Part shown: positions 1 to 12,484 of the stretch, piece by piece
Numbering within the stretch: the stretch's first letter is position 1
How the letters are laid out: every line of letters begins with the position of its first letter
From: Chiloscyllium plagiosum
Taxonomy: Eukaryota
DNA: 64,000 nt
NCBI RefSeq assembly: GCF_004010195.1
Contig: NC_057755.1
Coordinates: 2,519,246 to 2,583,245 of the forward strand
Direction of reading: 5' to 3'
Notes under the pieces: model-generated
Seen by the model: the letters and a program-made list of their open reading frames with translations, nothing else
What the model was told of the DNA's origin: nothing
The model's database searches: none
Position numbers and translations under genes: made by a program

Positions 1-2
1 AA

Positions 3-69
3 ATGCATCTTCCAATTCAGAAGGCGCAGCAAACATTTTACACAGTCCTTCCAATTCCAACAATTCCTG
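3..69 (+). CDS. Exon 1 of a GPR139-like class A GPCR gene (N-terminus plus start of TM1); exon 2 not visible in the window
   Basis: ATG at 3 gives 22 codons MHLPIQKAQQTFYTVLPIPTIP plus G, then canonical donor GTGAGT at 70. Same length, phase and similar sequence as the exon 1 at 57761-57695 (MHRPIQHVEKVFYTILVIIGVP). Confidence 0.75.
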
Positions 70-2055
70 GTGAGTGCGTTGTGTCATTGAATGTGTGTAA
101 ATCTGTCTTGAGCATTCCCTACGTTTTAACGCTGCAATTGAAAGTGACACATGGGCATTTTGGGGCACTCTCAAACATGGGTAGATGATCTGTGGTCTAG
201 TCTCAGATTACAGATTACCGTGCAGAATCGCCATCACTACAGACCCGGAAGAATTTGCTTGAGTAATTGAAATTTCCATTTTATAATTCAGTTTGTCACG
301 CGACAAATATCCAATTCAATTGGAGACTACAGAGAGTTTCGATGAAATTAAGTAAAATGCTCACTTTAGTTTTTTCGTGTGAACAACCGTTAGGTTTCTC
401 GATTTATCTGAAGGTAATAGTTAATTTATAGGTATTTCTGCAAGCACACATTTTTCCTCTTCAAAAAACCGTGTTTATATACTGGCCCGAGGTTGAATGG
501 GTTTATGCACAATAAACGTTTGTTGTTATTTTCTGATTGAATGCAACCTCGCATTCTGGAATCTGAGTTTAAGGAAAACACCATAAATTGACAAACCTTT
601 TTACTACACTTTTAACTGTGAGTCATTTCTATTATCCGTTGGAACACCCGGGAACTGGGTGTATGTATAGATCTGTGCTCATGAGAAGTGGCCCAGAGAA
701 TTAGTCAATTCGACTACCATGATTTGAAAAGTTCTTGTTCCTCCCAGACCAAAAGTGTTGGAATAAAGGAAGCCCTGAAGAGTTTACTAAAAGCTGAGTA
801 GATTGACGCTCAGCTGTGTGTTAGATTGCCGAAGAAACTATTGCAGTTCCGCTCTAAGAGTGGAAATCGCAACTGACATAACCAAGTGTAAAATCCAGGT
901 TTTCTGGTGTCAGTATTATACGAGAGGTGGTTTTTTGAACAGCATCACTGGTGGCGATCTGTATACATTATATGTTTTTTTTTCAATTTATCGGGTGTTT
1001 CCAAATTAATGAGGTTATAGATTTACTGTGTGCTCAATGCGTTTGAATCTCTGTTATGAGTACACAGTTTGCATTATTCTGTTTTATCATCATTTGTTTG
1101 GTACAGAACTGCTGTTTTGTTGTTGAACTAAAATTTGAGCATTGTCTGTTTACGAGTTGTCAAGAAATCATGTTGTTCAAAACCAAAACAAATACTGTTC
1201 TGATCCATCACGTTTTATTCAGGTCCCGCTTCTGGCTTGTACTGCAGTTAATTCAGCTCATATCAGACCGAAGAAATGTTGTTAAACTCATACTCTAACA
1301 TCTGAGTAACTGATTAACTGACCCCACACCACCCTCCAGCCGTCCAGGTCCAGTACATAGCCCAGACTTTGACCAGACATCTTCTCTGGGAATCAATTCC
1401 ATATTTACTCTTTCCCAAACGACTCCTCCCTTACCCTGGATGTCATCCAACCTGAAACAAACCGCCCCCATTCCTGCAAAACCTGTAACTCTGCTGTCAC
1501 TTAAATCAGTGGGTAGATTACAGCTGCAACGTTGTGCACAGTTGTAGTCACCAATGTACAGGAAGAGCAGAATTTCACTGGGATGAACACACAGTAGACT
1601 TACAACCAAATTACCAGCACTTGGAAATTAGAGCAGCATTGAGGGAAGATTGGATAGCGCTAGACTTGTTTTCTGGAGAGCAGAGGAGAATGAGAGCTGA
1701 TGTAATTGTGGTGTACATACTCAGAAGGGTTTTGATGCAGACCTGTACCCACTAACGGAATGGAGCATTTATCACGGGACACACATTGAGGCTAACTGCT
1801 GAAGGATCATACGGTTCATGAGGGCTAACCCTTCCATCCAGACAGTCGTGGTGTGTCTGGACCTCATTCCCAGTTTGGGGTCGTGAGGTGGCAATTCTCA
1901 ACGTATTTAAATGCAACCAGGATCTTGCATTGAAGTGTATTAACCAAGAAGACTGTGAACTAGGTATTGGACATTGGAATGAGAATAGGGAGCGGATTCA
2001 ATTTCCTTTGAGATAAAATCAAGGACTGCAGATGCTGAAAACCAGAGTCCAGATT

Positions 2056-2556
2056 NNNNNNNNNNNNNNNNNNNNNNNNNNNNNNNNNNNNNNNNNNNNN
2101 NNNNNNNNNNNNNNNNNNNNNNNNNNNNNNNNNNNNNNNNNNNNNNNNNNNNNNNNNNNNNNNNNNNNNNNNNNNNNNNNNNNNNNNNNNNNNNNNNNNN
2201 NNNNNNNNNNNNNNNNNNNNNNNNNNNNNNNNNNNNNNNNNNNNNNNNNNNNNNNNNNNNNNNNNNNNNNNNNNNNNNNNNNNNNNNNNNNNNNNNNNNN
2301 NNNNNNNNNNNNNNNNNNNNNNNNNNNNNNNNNNNNNNNNNNNNNNNNNNNNNNNNNNNNNNNNNNNNNNNNNNNNNNNNNNNNNNNNNNNNNNNNNNNN
2401 NNNNNNNNNNNNNNNNNNNNNNNNNNNNNNNNNNNNNNNNNNNNNNNNNNNNNNNNNNNNNNNNNNNNNNNNNNNNNNNNNNNNNNNNNNNNNNNNNNNN
2501 NNNNNNNNNNNNNNNNNNNNNNNNNNNNNNNNNNNNNNNNNNNNNNNNNNNNNNNA
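2056..2556. other. Assembly gap (run of N)
   Basis: Uninterrupted N run; ORFs spanning it are artefacts. Confidence 1.
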
Positions 2557-3879
2557 ACAATCGATAACAGATTTAGGGTCCATATTTACATTGACCCTGT
2601 GGCCAGATTCAAACCCAGGTCCCAAGAGCCTTTCTTGGTCTCTGGATTAACCGTCCAGAAATAATATCACTTGGTCATCACCGCCCCTACAGACCCGTGT
2701 CATTGTTGGTTAATGCTGGTCATTGTCATTTCTTTGTCAGACTTAGAAACAGAGAAACTAATGCATGAGGGCAGACTTAACAAAATAAACAAAAACTCGG
2801 CGAAGCAAAGAGGTTAGGATGTAAAGTTATTCAGCACAGTGTTGATTCCAGTTGCCGTGTCAGTATATTACTTCGTCACACTGAACTCAGTGAAGGCAGT
2901 CCACACATTATTTCTGCAATCTCTGGACCAAAAAAAAACACTTTCTTCGCTGTTCACCTAATCAACACAGTTAAAGGTGAAGGTGAAACTTTGTGATGTC
3001 ATCCCTGAAAGGTAAATCCCAAATGGGCTGAATGGCCTGTTCCTGCTCTACTGTCTTATGGTCTTTTGAACTGAAGAGGGGCCACTGGGAGAGAAACGCT
3101 GCTTCAGACAGAATTCACATACTTAATTAATTAATTGATTAGCTAACCTTTACAGTGACCTAAGTACCAATCATTTAGAATAAATAGTGAGCAAGGACAA
3201 CCACAGGCCAAATGTCAGCAGAACAGTCCTGAGAATTATGCTCATAACTTGGAAATTTAAGTACGAAATACCAAGAGTTAAAGGGATGAACCACATTACA
3301 GAGCTCCTGTCCTGCCACTCCATCATTTAGACGTTCATTACTGACTGGTCACAATTGAACACAGGATATTTCTCAAACACTGGAATGACCAGTTGAAGGT
3401 GATGGCATTGGATGAGCTTTGGAAATTCTACTGTAATGGTGTGAATTCCAAGTTCCATGTTTCTGGGGCAATCGCATTTAAAATCAGAAAACAGGGCATG
3501 GGAAAAGTTCATTGTAGAATTCTTACCATTTGCCTATTTCCTCTCGTTACCACAGTGTTAGCTCTAAATATATTCAGGAGTGTAGCATTCAGGGTGGAGG
3601 GAGATGGGGGACTCTCCTCTGTCTGTGTCTGGCCCTCTTGTGTTTAAAGTGATACAATGCCACCCTCTGCTAGCCTCCCCGTGAAACTGCACAATGGTCT
3701 GAATGACGCAAAGGCGCAAGGGGCTGCACGGTGATGTCACCCCAAGATGGCCGACTCATGGGGAAGGAGTGACGAGGAGGAAGCGGGAAGAGGCAAGAGG
3801 TGACTCGGACCAGGGCCGTGAGGTAAGGAAGAGCGGCTCCCTCTGGTGGCCAGGAGGAGCCGCTGTCTGAATGAATGAA

Positions 3880-4598
3880 AACCGGAAGAACTGTGGATGC
3901 TGTAAATCAGAAACAAAAATAGACTTTGCTAGAAAAGAGCACAGTTAAAAATCACACAACACCAGGTTTTAGTATGACAGGTTTATGTGGAAGCACTAGT
4001 TTTCGGAGGGCCACTCCTTTACCAGTCCAACACCAGCACCTCCAAGTCACTGAAAAGAGCAGCAAATCTGGCAGCATCTGTGAAAAGAAATCAGAGTTAA
4101 CATTTCAGGACCGATGACCCTTCCTTAGAACTGGTGGTACCTAGAAAATGTCAGTTTAATTGCAGAGGAACGGATAGTGGAGAGGGGGTAAGGCGTAAAC
4201 GATAGATGGGGATAGAGCCCAAAGAGAGAGAAGAACAGTTGAATAAAGGAGTGGATAATTATCTGGTTGGGAGGGTGAATATCTGTTAATGGAGACTGTT
4301 AGTGGCTAACAATAGGTAGTATATAATAGCAGACTGTGTGATAACAAGGCCTGGTGTGGGGGGTATGGGGCTAGCACAGGGGAGAGTTCAGACCCTAAAA
4401 TTATTGAACTCAATATTAAATCCGGAGGGCTGCAGTGTCCCCAAGTGGAAAATGAGATGTTGTTCCTACAATTTGTGCTGACCTTTAGTGGAAAACTGCA
4501 GCAAGCCTGAGACAGAAATGTTGGCCAGAGAACAGGGTAAGGTGTTAAAGTGGCAGGCAACTGGAAGCTCAGGGTATTTTTGGAGGCTGAACGTTGAT
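3880..4598. mobile_element. Penelope-like retroelement relic, left part (continues at about 7762-8060 beyond the Tx1 insertion)
   Basis: Begins with 'aactgtggatgctgtaaatcagaaacaaaa...agcagcaaatctggcagcatctgtg', a terminal motif shared with copies at 25860, 31853 and 41325. Sequence resumes after the LINE at 'gttctgtgaagcagtcacccag'. Confidence 0.55.
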
Positions 4599-4605
4599 GT
4601 TCTGT

Positions 4606-7600
4606 CTACCCACTCAAGGATAGATTACCTGTTTGTGTCCCGAACGCTCTCGGTCAGATTTACTGGCGTCAAGCCGGTGTTCTTCTCTGACCACTGCCTC
4701 CGGCTGGCCGACTGTCACCTACAGGACGAGCAGCGGCTTGGAAGCTGAACACAAAGCTGTTGACCCCGGGAAACGTGGAGGAGCTCAAGAGAGACTATGC
4801 AAGTTGGAGAACCGTGAATCCCCTATTTGAGTCACCAGCGGACTGGTGGGAAACAGTAAAAGGGAACATCCTCAAAGGTGTTCAGGAGGCGAAAGAGGGG
4901 CGGGGGAAACTGTCACAGCTCCAGGACCTGCTCCTGCTGCAGACGATGGGGGTCGATGTCACGGAGGACGTCAAGGAGGGCTAGGACCAGCCAGCCTCGC
5001 TCTTTGCCTCGGAGGTCTCCAAGATAATCTTCCAGTCCAAGGTGCACTCCGTGGAGCAAGACGAGACGTGCTCACATTTCGTCTTCCATAAGGTGTACAA
5101 AGAGAGCTCGGTGCTCAGCAGCCTGAAGGAAAAAGATGGATCGATAACGTCATCTCAGGCTGACATCATGAGGATCAGCAAATCCTTCTATGCCAGTCTG
5201 TATGATGCGAAGCCAACCGACAGCGCGGCTTCCCAGTCATTCCTGTCCTCTATCACGGAGGTCTTGGACGACAGAACACGGGAGAAGTTGGACCAGCCGC
5301 TATCTCTGGAGAGCTGACGAAGGCCCTCGAGTCCTTGGAAAAGAATAAAGCTCCCGGAAACGACGGCTTACCGGTCGAGCTCTATTCTACTCTGTGGGAT
5401 CTGGTTGGCCAGGACAAGCTGGAGGTGTATGTCGGTATGCTTCTGGCAAGTACCATGAGTGAATCCATGAGGAAAGGCATCATCAGCCTCATCTACAAGT
5501 GCAGGGGGAGAGGGAGGAAATCAGACATTGGAGACCAATCTCACTATTGTATGCGGATTACAAAATATTGTCAAAGTTTATCACCAACCAGGTCAGGTGT
5601 GCTCTGGGGTTGGTGATTAACCCTGACCAAACCTGTGCTGCACTGGGCAGGAAGATCGCTGAGAGTCTCGCACGCCTCATGGCTACGATCGACTACGTGC
5701 AGGACAGAGGGTTGGACAGCTGCTTGATCAGCCTGGACCAGGAGAAAGCCTTTGACAGGACAAAACACACATATATGAGAGATGTTCTCTCCAAAATTGG
5801 CTTTGCGGAGGTAATCTGCAATTGGATCAGACAGCTGTACACCAACATTGTCAGTGCAGTCTCAATCAATGGGTGGGAATCAGATAGCTTCCCAGTCAGA
5901 TCTGGAGTCAAGCAGGACTGCCCTCCCTCTCCTGCCTTGTTTGTGTGCTGCATAGAGCCATTTGCCGAGTCCAGCTGAAGGATGCGAGCCTGAGATGTGT
6001 GATTATTCCTGGCAGCGGGGGCCTGCAGGTTATGGCTTCCCTGTATATGGATGACGTCACCGTTTTCTGCTCAGATCCGCTGTCCGTGCACAGACTCATG
6101 TGCATATGTGACCAGTTCGAACGGGCCTCGGGGGCCCTGAAGGATGCGAGCCTGAGATGTGTGATTATTCCTGGCAGTGGAGGCCTGCAGGTTATGGCTT
6201 CCCTGTATATGGATGACGTCACCAGCGGATCTGCTCAGATCCGCTGTCCGTGCACAGACTCATGTGCATATGTGACCAGTTCGAACGGGCCTCGGGGGCC
6301 AAGGTAAACCGAGGCAAGAGCGAGGCCATTCTCTTCGGGATCCGGGCCGACCAGTCCTCGATCCCCTTCACCGTCAGGACCGACCACTTGAAGGTGCTGG
6401 GAATTTGGTTCATGGTGGCTGGGGCGTGCTCCAAGTCATGGGAGGAGCATATCAGCAAGGTGAGGCAGAAACTGGGCAGATGGAAGCTACGGTCGCTCTC
6501 CATCGCGGGGAAAAACCTGGTCATCAGGTGTGAGGCACTGTCATTGCTGTAATACGTGGCACAGGTCTGGACCTGTGCCACTGCAGTCAACCGGGCCATC
6601 TGCCAATTTGTATGTAAATCAGAGGTGGACTGGGTCCAAAGGGATTCGATGTATAATGGTCTGGGCAACAGGGGAAAAAATACACCCAATGCCACCCTCA
6701 CGCTGATGACCACCTTTGTGTGTGGCTGCATCAAACTGTGCGTGAATCCCCGTATGCAAACACCAAGTGTCATTACGTACTGAGGTTCCACCTGTCCCCG
6801 GTTTTGCGAAGGATGGGCCTGGCCCCGCTGCCGTGGAATGCTCCGAGTAGTTGGACCGTTCTGTATCATCTGTCCTTCGTGGAGAAGTTTATGAAGAAAA
6901 ACACCTTTTCCCACAAGTCCATCAGCAAGTTGTCAGCACGTACTGTCCTTGAGACCCTTCGGGAAAAGGAGAGGGCGGATTCTATCGAGCGGTTCTCTGA
7001 GCAGACTGTCAAAGTCATTTGGCAGAATGCCTCATCGCCAGAACTTTCCAACAAGCACCAAGACATGGCTTGGCTGGCGGTGAGAAGGGCTCTGCCTATG
7101 AGATCCTTTATGCACGCCTGGACTCTCTCCCGCACCGCACGCTGCCCTCGAAGCGGCTGCAGGTGGGGGGGGGGGGGCGTACTAGACTGTCTCACACCTC
7201 CTTCTGGAATGTGCCTATGCAGAAGAAGTCTTGAGAGGAATGCAGTGGTGTTTGTCGAGGTTCGTCCCGGTCAGTGCCGTGACGCGGGATTACATGCTCT
7301 ACGGTCTGTTCCCCGGGACGGACACTGAGATGAACATCAGTTGTGCCTGGAGTATCATCAACTCGGTGAAGGACGCTCTCTGGGTGCTCCAAAACCTGTT
7401 GATCTTCCAGCTGAAGGAGTTGACCCAGACTGAGTGTTGCAGACTGGCATATTCCAAGTTCCAGGACTACGTGTTGAGGGACGCGCTGAAGCTTGGGGCA
7501 GCTGCCGCCAAGGCGCGGTGGGGAAACACCACCGTGTAACATTTGCCTGCCTAAGCAGAACAGGGGGTCCACCCAGTCATTTGGGCTCCGCTGACGCCTC

Positions 7601-7761
7601 AGCTAAATATATGGATATTTGATTGATAAACATACAGTCCTGTATATACAATTGATAAATTCTGATCTCTGTATGCAAATGTTTACGTATATATGGCATG
7701 ACCAACTGTACAGACCAACAAAATAATTTATGAATAGAGTATATTTTTGAAATAAAAACGA
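4606..7761 (+). mobile_element. 5'-truncated, frameshifted Tx1/L1-clade non-LTR retrotransposon (ORF2: APE C-terminus, RT, C-terminal Cys-rich region)
   Basis: SRIDYLFVS and FSDHC (APE end); KAPGNDGLP, WRPISLLYADYKIL, DQEKAFD, GVKQDCPPSP, LYMDD (RT); CPRSGC; stop at 7539, 3' UTR ending aataaaaa. Flanked by direct repeat GTTCTGT (4599-4605 and 7762-7768). Confidence 0.9.
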
Positions 7762-8119
7762 GTTCTGTGAAGCAGTCACCCAGTCTATGCTTCATTTTCC
7801 CAATGTAGACGAGACTACATTGTGAGCAGCGAATGCAGTGGATTAGATTGTGGGAAGTCCAGATAAATCGCTGCTTCACCTGGAATATATGCTTGGGCCT
7901 TTAGATGCTGGGGAGGGAGGAGGGAAATTGGAAAATGTTACACCTTCAGCTCTTGTTGGGAATGAAGTAAGAGTCGACCAGGATGTCCCGGGGGGAACGG
8001 TCACTGCAGGTGTTGGGGAAGGGAGAGGAGGGGAATTTACAGCATCTGCAGTTCTTCAAGAGACAGATAGAGTCGGGGTACAACCCTAATTCAATCAATA
8101 CATTCCCCAAAGCAATAGC

Positions 8120-8520
8120 GAGAGACCATTGCACAGAGATACAGCCACAGAGAGACACACAAACACTCATTCACACACTGAGGCACACAAAGGCAAACAT
8201 CTCCCTTCAAACAGATGGTCAGACAAAGATAGACGGATACGCACAGATATAGAGTCAATGGCACATGCAGGCATACATATGCAGAGCCACAGACAGAGAG
8301 ACACACACAGACATGCTGACACGCATATACACGTGATACACAGAAACATACCCTTCTTCGCTCTTTAATACCCAGTCTCACAACTTCACTTCTACTCTCG
8401 TGCAATCTCTCCATACTCTTTCATGCACATTATCACTCTCTCTCTCTAATTAACTCTCGCACTCACACATCCTGTCTCTCTCGCAAACCTCCACTCTCCC
8501 TTTCGTAGTCACTCTTGCTA
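8120..8520. repeat. Degenerate (CA/GA/CT)n microsatellite region
   Basis: Runs such as acacacagacagagag and ctctctctct. Confidence 0.8.
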
Positions 8521-8524
8521 TCCT

Positions 8525-8866
8525 GATCTAGAATCCCGATAGTGTGGAAACAGGACCTTCGGCCCAACAAGTTCACTCTGACCCTTCGAAGAGTAACCCA
8601 CCCAGACTCACTCCCCGCTATTTGCCCTCTGACTAATGCACCGAAACTGCAGATCTCTGAACACCATGGATAACTTGCCACGGTCAATTCACCTAATTCG
8701 CACATCTTTGGATTGTGGAAGCAAAACTGGAGCACCTGGAGGAAACCCACTCAGACACGAAGAGAATGAGCAAACTGCACACAGACCGTTGCGTGAGGCT
8801 GGAATTGAATTTGGGTCCCTGGCGCGCTGTGAGGCAGCAGTGCTAACCACTGACCAACCTTGCCAC
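8525..8866 (-). mobile_element. tRNA-derived SINE (HE1/V-SINE type), diverged
   Basis: Reverse complement reads ggttggtcagtggttagcactgctgcctcacagcgcgccagggacccaaattcaattccagcc...gggtttcctccaggtgctccagttttg; homologous to the copy at 28583. Confidence 0.85.
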
Positions 8867-8919
8867 TTCAACCAAGTTCAAAGCAGCAGAATAAATAGCA
8901 GATGCAGAAAATAGCTGGC

Positions 8920-8959
8920 TGGCAGTGGTGGGATTCGAATCCACAACTCCAAAGAGACT
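8920..8959 (-). pseudogene. 3' half of a tRNA-Leu-like gene (relic)
   Basis: Minus strand agtctctttggagttgtggattcgaatcccaccactgcca resembles the vertebrate tRNA-Leu variable arm, T-arm and acceptor strand. A TTTT run follows downstream. The 5' half is absent. Confidence 0.65.
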
Positions 8960-9539
8960 CGTACACAATCTCATACACAATCTCACTATCTCTCTCGTGT
9001 ACACAATCTCACTCTCTCTCATACATAATCTCACTCTCTCTCATGCACATTCTCACTCTCTCTCTCTGATACAAATTCTAGGTTCCCTTCTATCCAGCTT
9101 GCCCAGGGGATATTGGGAGTAGGGTGGGTTTAGGGAACTGAGCTCGATGATCAACCATGATCATACTGAGTGGAGCAGCGAACTCGAGGGACTGAATGGC
9201 CTACTCTTGCTACTACCTTCTATGTTTCTATGTAATGTCCCCAATTTCACTGACAAGATGCACGCTTGGTGGGCGGGAAATCTGTGGGGATGACCGAAGT
9301 GGCTGTAAACAGTTAAGGACAGCTTCACTGAGTGGGCATGGATTTGTCAGATGGGTTAATTGGTGGAGAAGTGATCGTTTGTGGCAGAGATTAACAAACA
9401 CACTCAGTGACACATCAAAACCTCCATTCCCTGTCTAGTCGACATTCCCAGACCTGGTGAGGTTTTGTCTCTGAGGAAGGCCAGGTTTCTGGTTGGATAT
9501 TATTACATTGCAACCTGAAGGTACTGAGTGCAACAGAGT

Positions 9540-10380
9540 TTGTTACATCTCATCATATCATCTACTGGTCTCTGAGTAATTTTCTGCTTTACGAAATCAG
9601 TGCATTTGTGCAGCAACTTAAGTCCGTCGGCATAAATATGACTTGTTCAAACTGATAGAATGTCGACCGATCGAAGGAATAACCAGCATTAAAGAAATAT
9701 ACAACATACACTAACCAGAGAAGGATGAAGCTGGCAAAGAGTAAAATCACAGGTTTCTTTCTGCTGTCTGGCTCTGGGCCATTCTCTGTTTTTTCTCTGA
9801 GCTCTCAATTCCTTCTGCAATTTAATGGCCTCAGAGACATGTCTAACAGTTAGAACATTGATAAAGACAATGAAAGTAAAAGGGAGCAGTGGTGCTAAAA
9901 ATGTGCAATACATTCAAAACTTGCCCACTGATTCTCTTTGAAAAATCTGGACCTAATATAACAGTTCCATGGAATATTGTTGATGATCTTTCCAAGATTA
10001 AATTGAAAGTAGTTACGAATATTCTTGATAGAAAATAAAATGCAGAGTGTTGCTAGAAACTTCATTGTAGTTTTCTCTGTGCAATACTTAGTTTTCATTT
10101 GATGAAAACAAATGGTGACAAGTCGATCATATGAAATGGCAATGGTGAAATAGACAGAACATTCAATGGCCAAACTGCTCAGGACATGGATAACGATACA
10201 AACAGCAGTGATGTCCAGGAAACGCGGTGGATAATAATAATATCAAATTCGGTTAAGCATAACATCCAAATTAATGAACTGTAGATCAAACGCTGCCATG
10301 GTCACCAGATAACAAGTGCTGCATGTGGAAAGACCATACTTGCCCCAAGCTGAAAATATGATCACCACGGGACTAATTTT
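9540..10380 (-). pseudogene. GPR139-like GPCR pseudogene (exon 2 only)
   Basis: Translates in pieces as GKYGLSTCSTCYLVTMAAFDL...RI*YYYYPPRFLDITAVC...CSVYFTIAISYDRLVTICFHQMKTKYCTEKT...PWNC / LAPLLPFTFIVFINVLTVRHV / LSCCTNAL. In-frame stop, frameshifts and a degraded acceptor after a polypyrimidine tract. End coordinate approximate. Confidence 0.9.
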
Positions 10381-11356
10381 AAGAGACCGAGAAAGGAAAA
10401 AAAAAAGTTGACGTTATTAATCAAATAACACTGTGCCTGAAACCAGACAGTAAGGGATAGATTGTAGCACAAAGATAATTGTTGTTCCATGTTATGTGAA
10501 GTTTAAAGTATCTGCACTCTTGAAATGAATCATTTGCACTTTTAAAAGACAGAGGGAAGAATTGGAGGAGTTGATTACCTCCAGAAGCAGAATCATGTAC
10601 TCAACATTTGAATGGGGTTGACCGTGGTTGATTTCTTCTGCTTTATAGGTTATTCCATTTGGCTGGAGTCATCCATTAGACCGTAACATCCACACAGGAA
10701 CACCGGGAGTCAGTGAAACATAGAATGGGATATATCTAACACAGTCATGGATTGCAAAATTCCTGTATTCGGTTTTGCAGCCTCCATAGTTGCGATTGCC
10801 TCTGACATTATATGAACTACAGTAGATAGCAATGAATCACTTCACAGCGTCTAGAAATGGATGGTTTCTGCAACATGAAGAAATGATCAGGCATTTAGTC
10901 ACTCCGTTTGAACATGGTGACAATCTGAACTATGAAGGTACTCAGCAATGAATCCAACCATTGTGAATACCCATCACAATCAAAATAACTTCAACGTTTG
11001 GCACGGACTCCTTCCACATGTCCAACACTGTACACCACAGCCCTCACCCAAATAAAGTTTGAATCCATGCAGCATTGGCCATTGCAACTTTGCAGTTTAG
11101 AAAGCAGACACTCTTCCGCTGATTAAGCAAAGCTTCCTCCTTGATGTCCAGGCTCACATATCCAAGTATCACTCTTAGGTCCTCTCCTTGTGAACAGACA
11201 TCTCCTTCCCAGTTCCAGAGCAGGCCCTAAGGTTTGAAATCTCCATAGTTTAACGGGCACTCCTCAAGGAGAATAACAGCTCTGTACCACAGCTTGGTCT
11301 TGGAGATCCAAACATTGTCCTGTTGCTTTGTATCAGGGACTGCTTCTGTGGATTCA

Positions 11357-12484
11357 GGTCAATGCTGAAGGTTATGACCTCATGGCCTTATCACTAAATT
11401 ATTAATTAAGTGATCCAGGTAATGTTCTGCCGAGCTGGGTTTGATGTCTGTCATGGCAGATGGTGAAATTTGAATTCAATAATTATCTGGAGTTAAGAGT
11501 TCAATAATGATGATACAATTGTTGTCAACTATTGGAAAAAAAATCTCATTCACGAATCTCCTTGAGGGAAAGTCAGCCATACCTGGTCTAGCCTAAATCG
11601 GTTCCAAATCTATAGCAATGATTGACTCTTACCTTCCATCTGGGCAGTTATGGAAGGGTGGTAAATGTTGACCTAACCAGTAATACTCACATCCCTTCAA
11701 TAAATAAAAGAAAATTGAATTCCCCAATGCACAGCCAGCTCCCCCATCGCAGATGACTGCTCCCTTTTTTATATCACTCCCTTGGATTTGATCGCCCTTT
11801 ACTGAGTCTATTATCACAAATAAGAGGCTCTCACAATATAACCACTTTCGAAGATAAGAGATACTCCATTCAATTCAGCGTAGTTTCCTGGAGTAGGGAA
11901 TACAAAGACCAGTACTCAACGGTCAATGCTGAAGGTTATGACCTCATGGCCTTATCACTAAATTATTAATTACGTGATCCAGGTAATGTTCTGCCGAGCT
12001 GGGTTTGATGTCTGTCATGGCAGATGGTGGAATTTGAATTCAATAATTATCTGGAGTTAAGAGTTCAATAATGATGATACAATTGTTGTCAACTATTGGA
12101 AAAAAAATCTAATTCACTAATCTCCTTGAGGGAAAGTCAGCCATACCTGGTCTAGCCTAAAGCAGTTCCAAATCTATAGCAATGATCGACTCTTACCTTC
12201 CATCTGGGCAGTTATGGAAGGGTGGTAAATGTTGACCTAACCAGTAATACTCACATCCCTTCAATAAATAAAAGAAAATTGAATTCCCCAATGCACAGCC
12301 AGCTCCCCCGTCGCAGATGACTGCTCCCTTTTTTATATCACTCCCTTGGATTTGATCGCCCTTTACTGAGTCTATTATCACAAATAAGAGGCTCTCACAA
12401 TATAACCACTTTCGAAGATAAGAGATACTCCATTCAATTCAGCGTAGTTTCCTGGAGTAGGGAATACAAAGACCAGTACTCAAC
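11357..12484. repeat. Head-to-tail duplication, 564-bp unit
   Basis: 11357-11920 and 11921-12484 both begin ggtcaatgctgaagg and end cagtactcaac; few substitutions; identical 62-aa ORF appears twice in the track. Confidence 0.95.

Noticed and set aside
1940..2664. Three 200+ aa ORFs
   Set aside because: They consist of X residues translated from the N gap.
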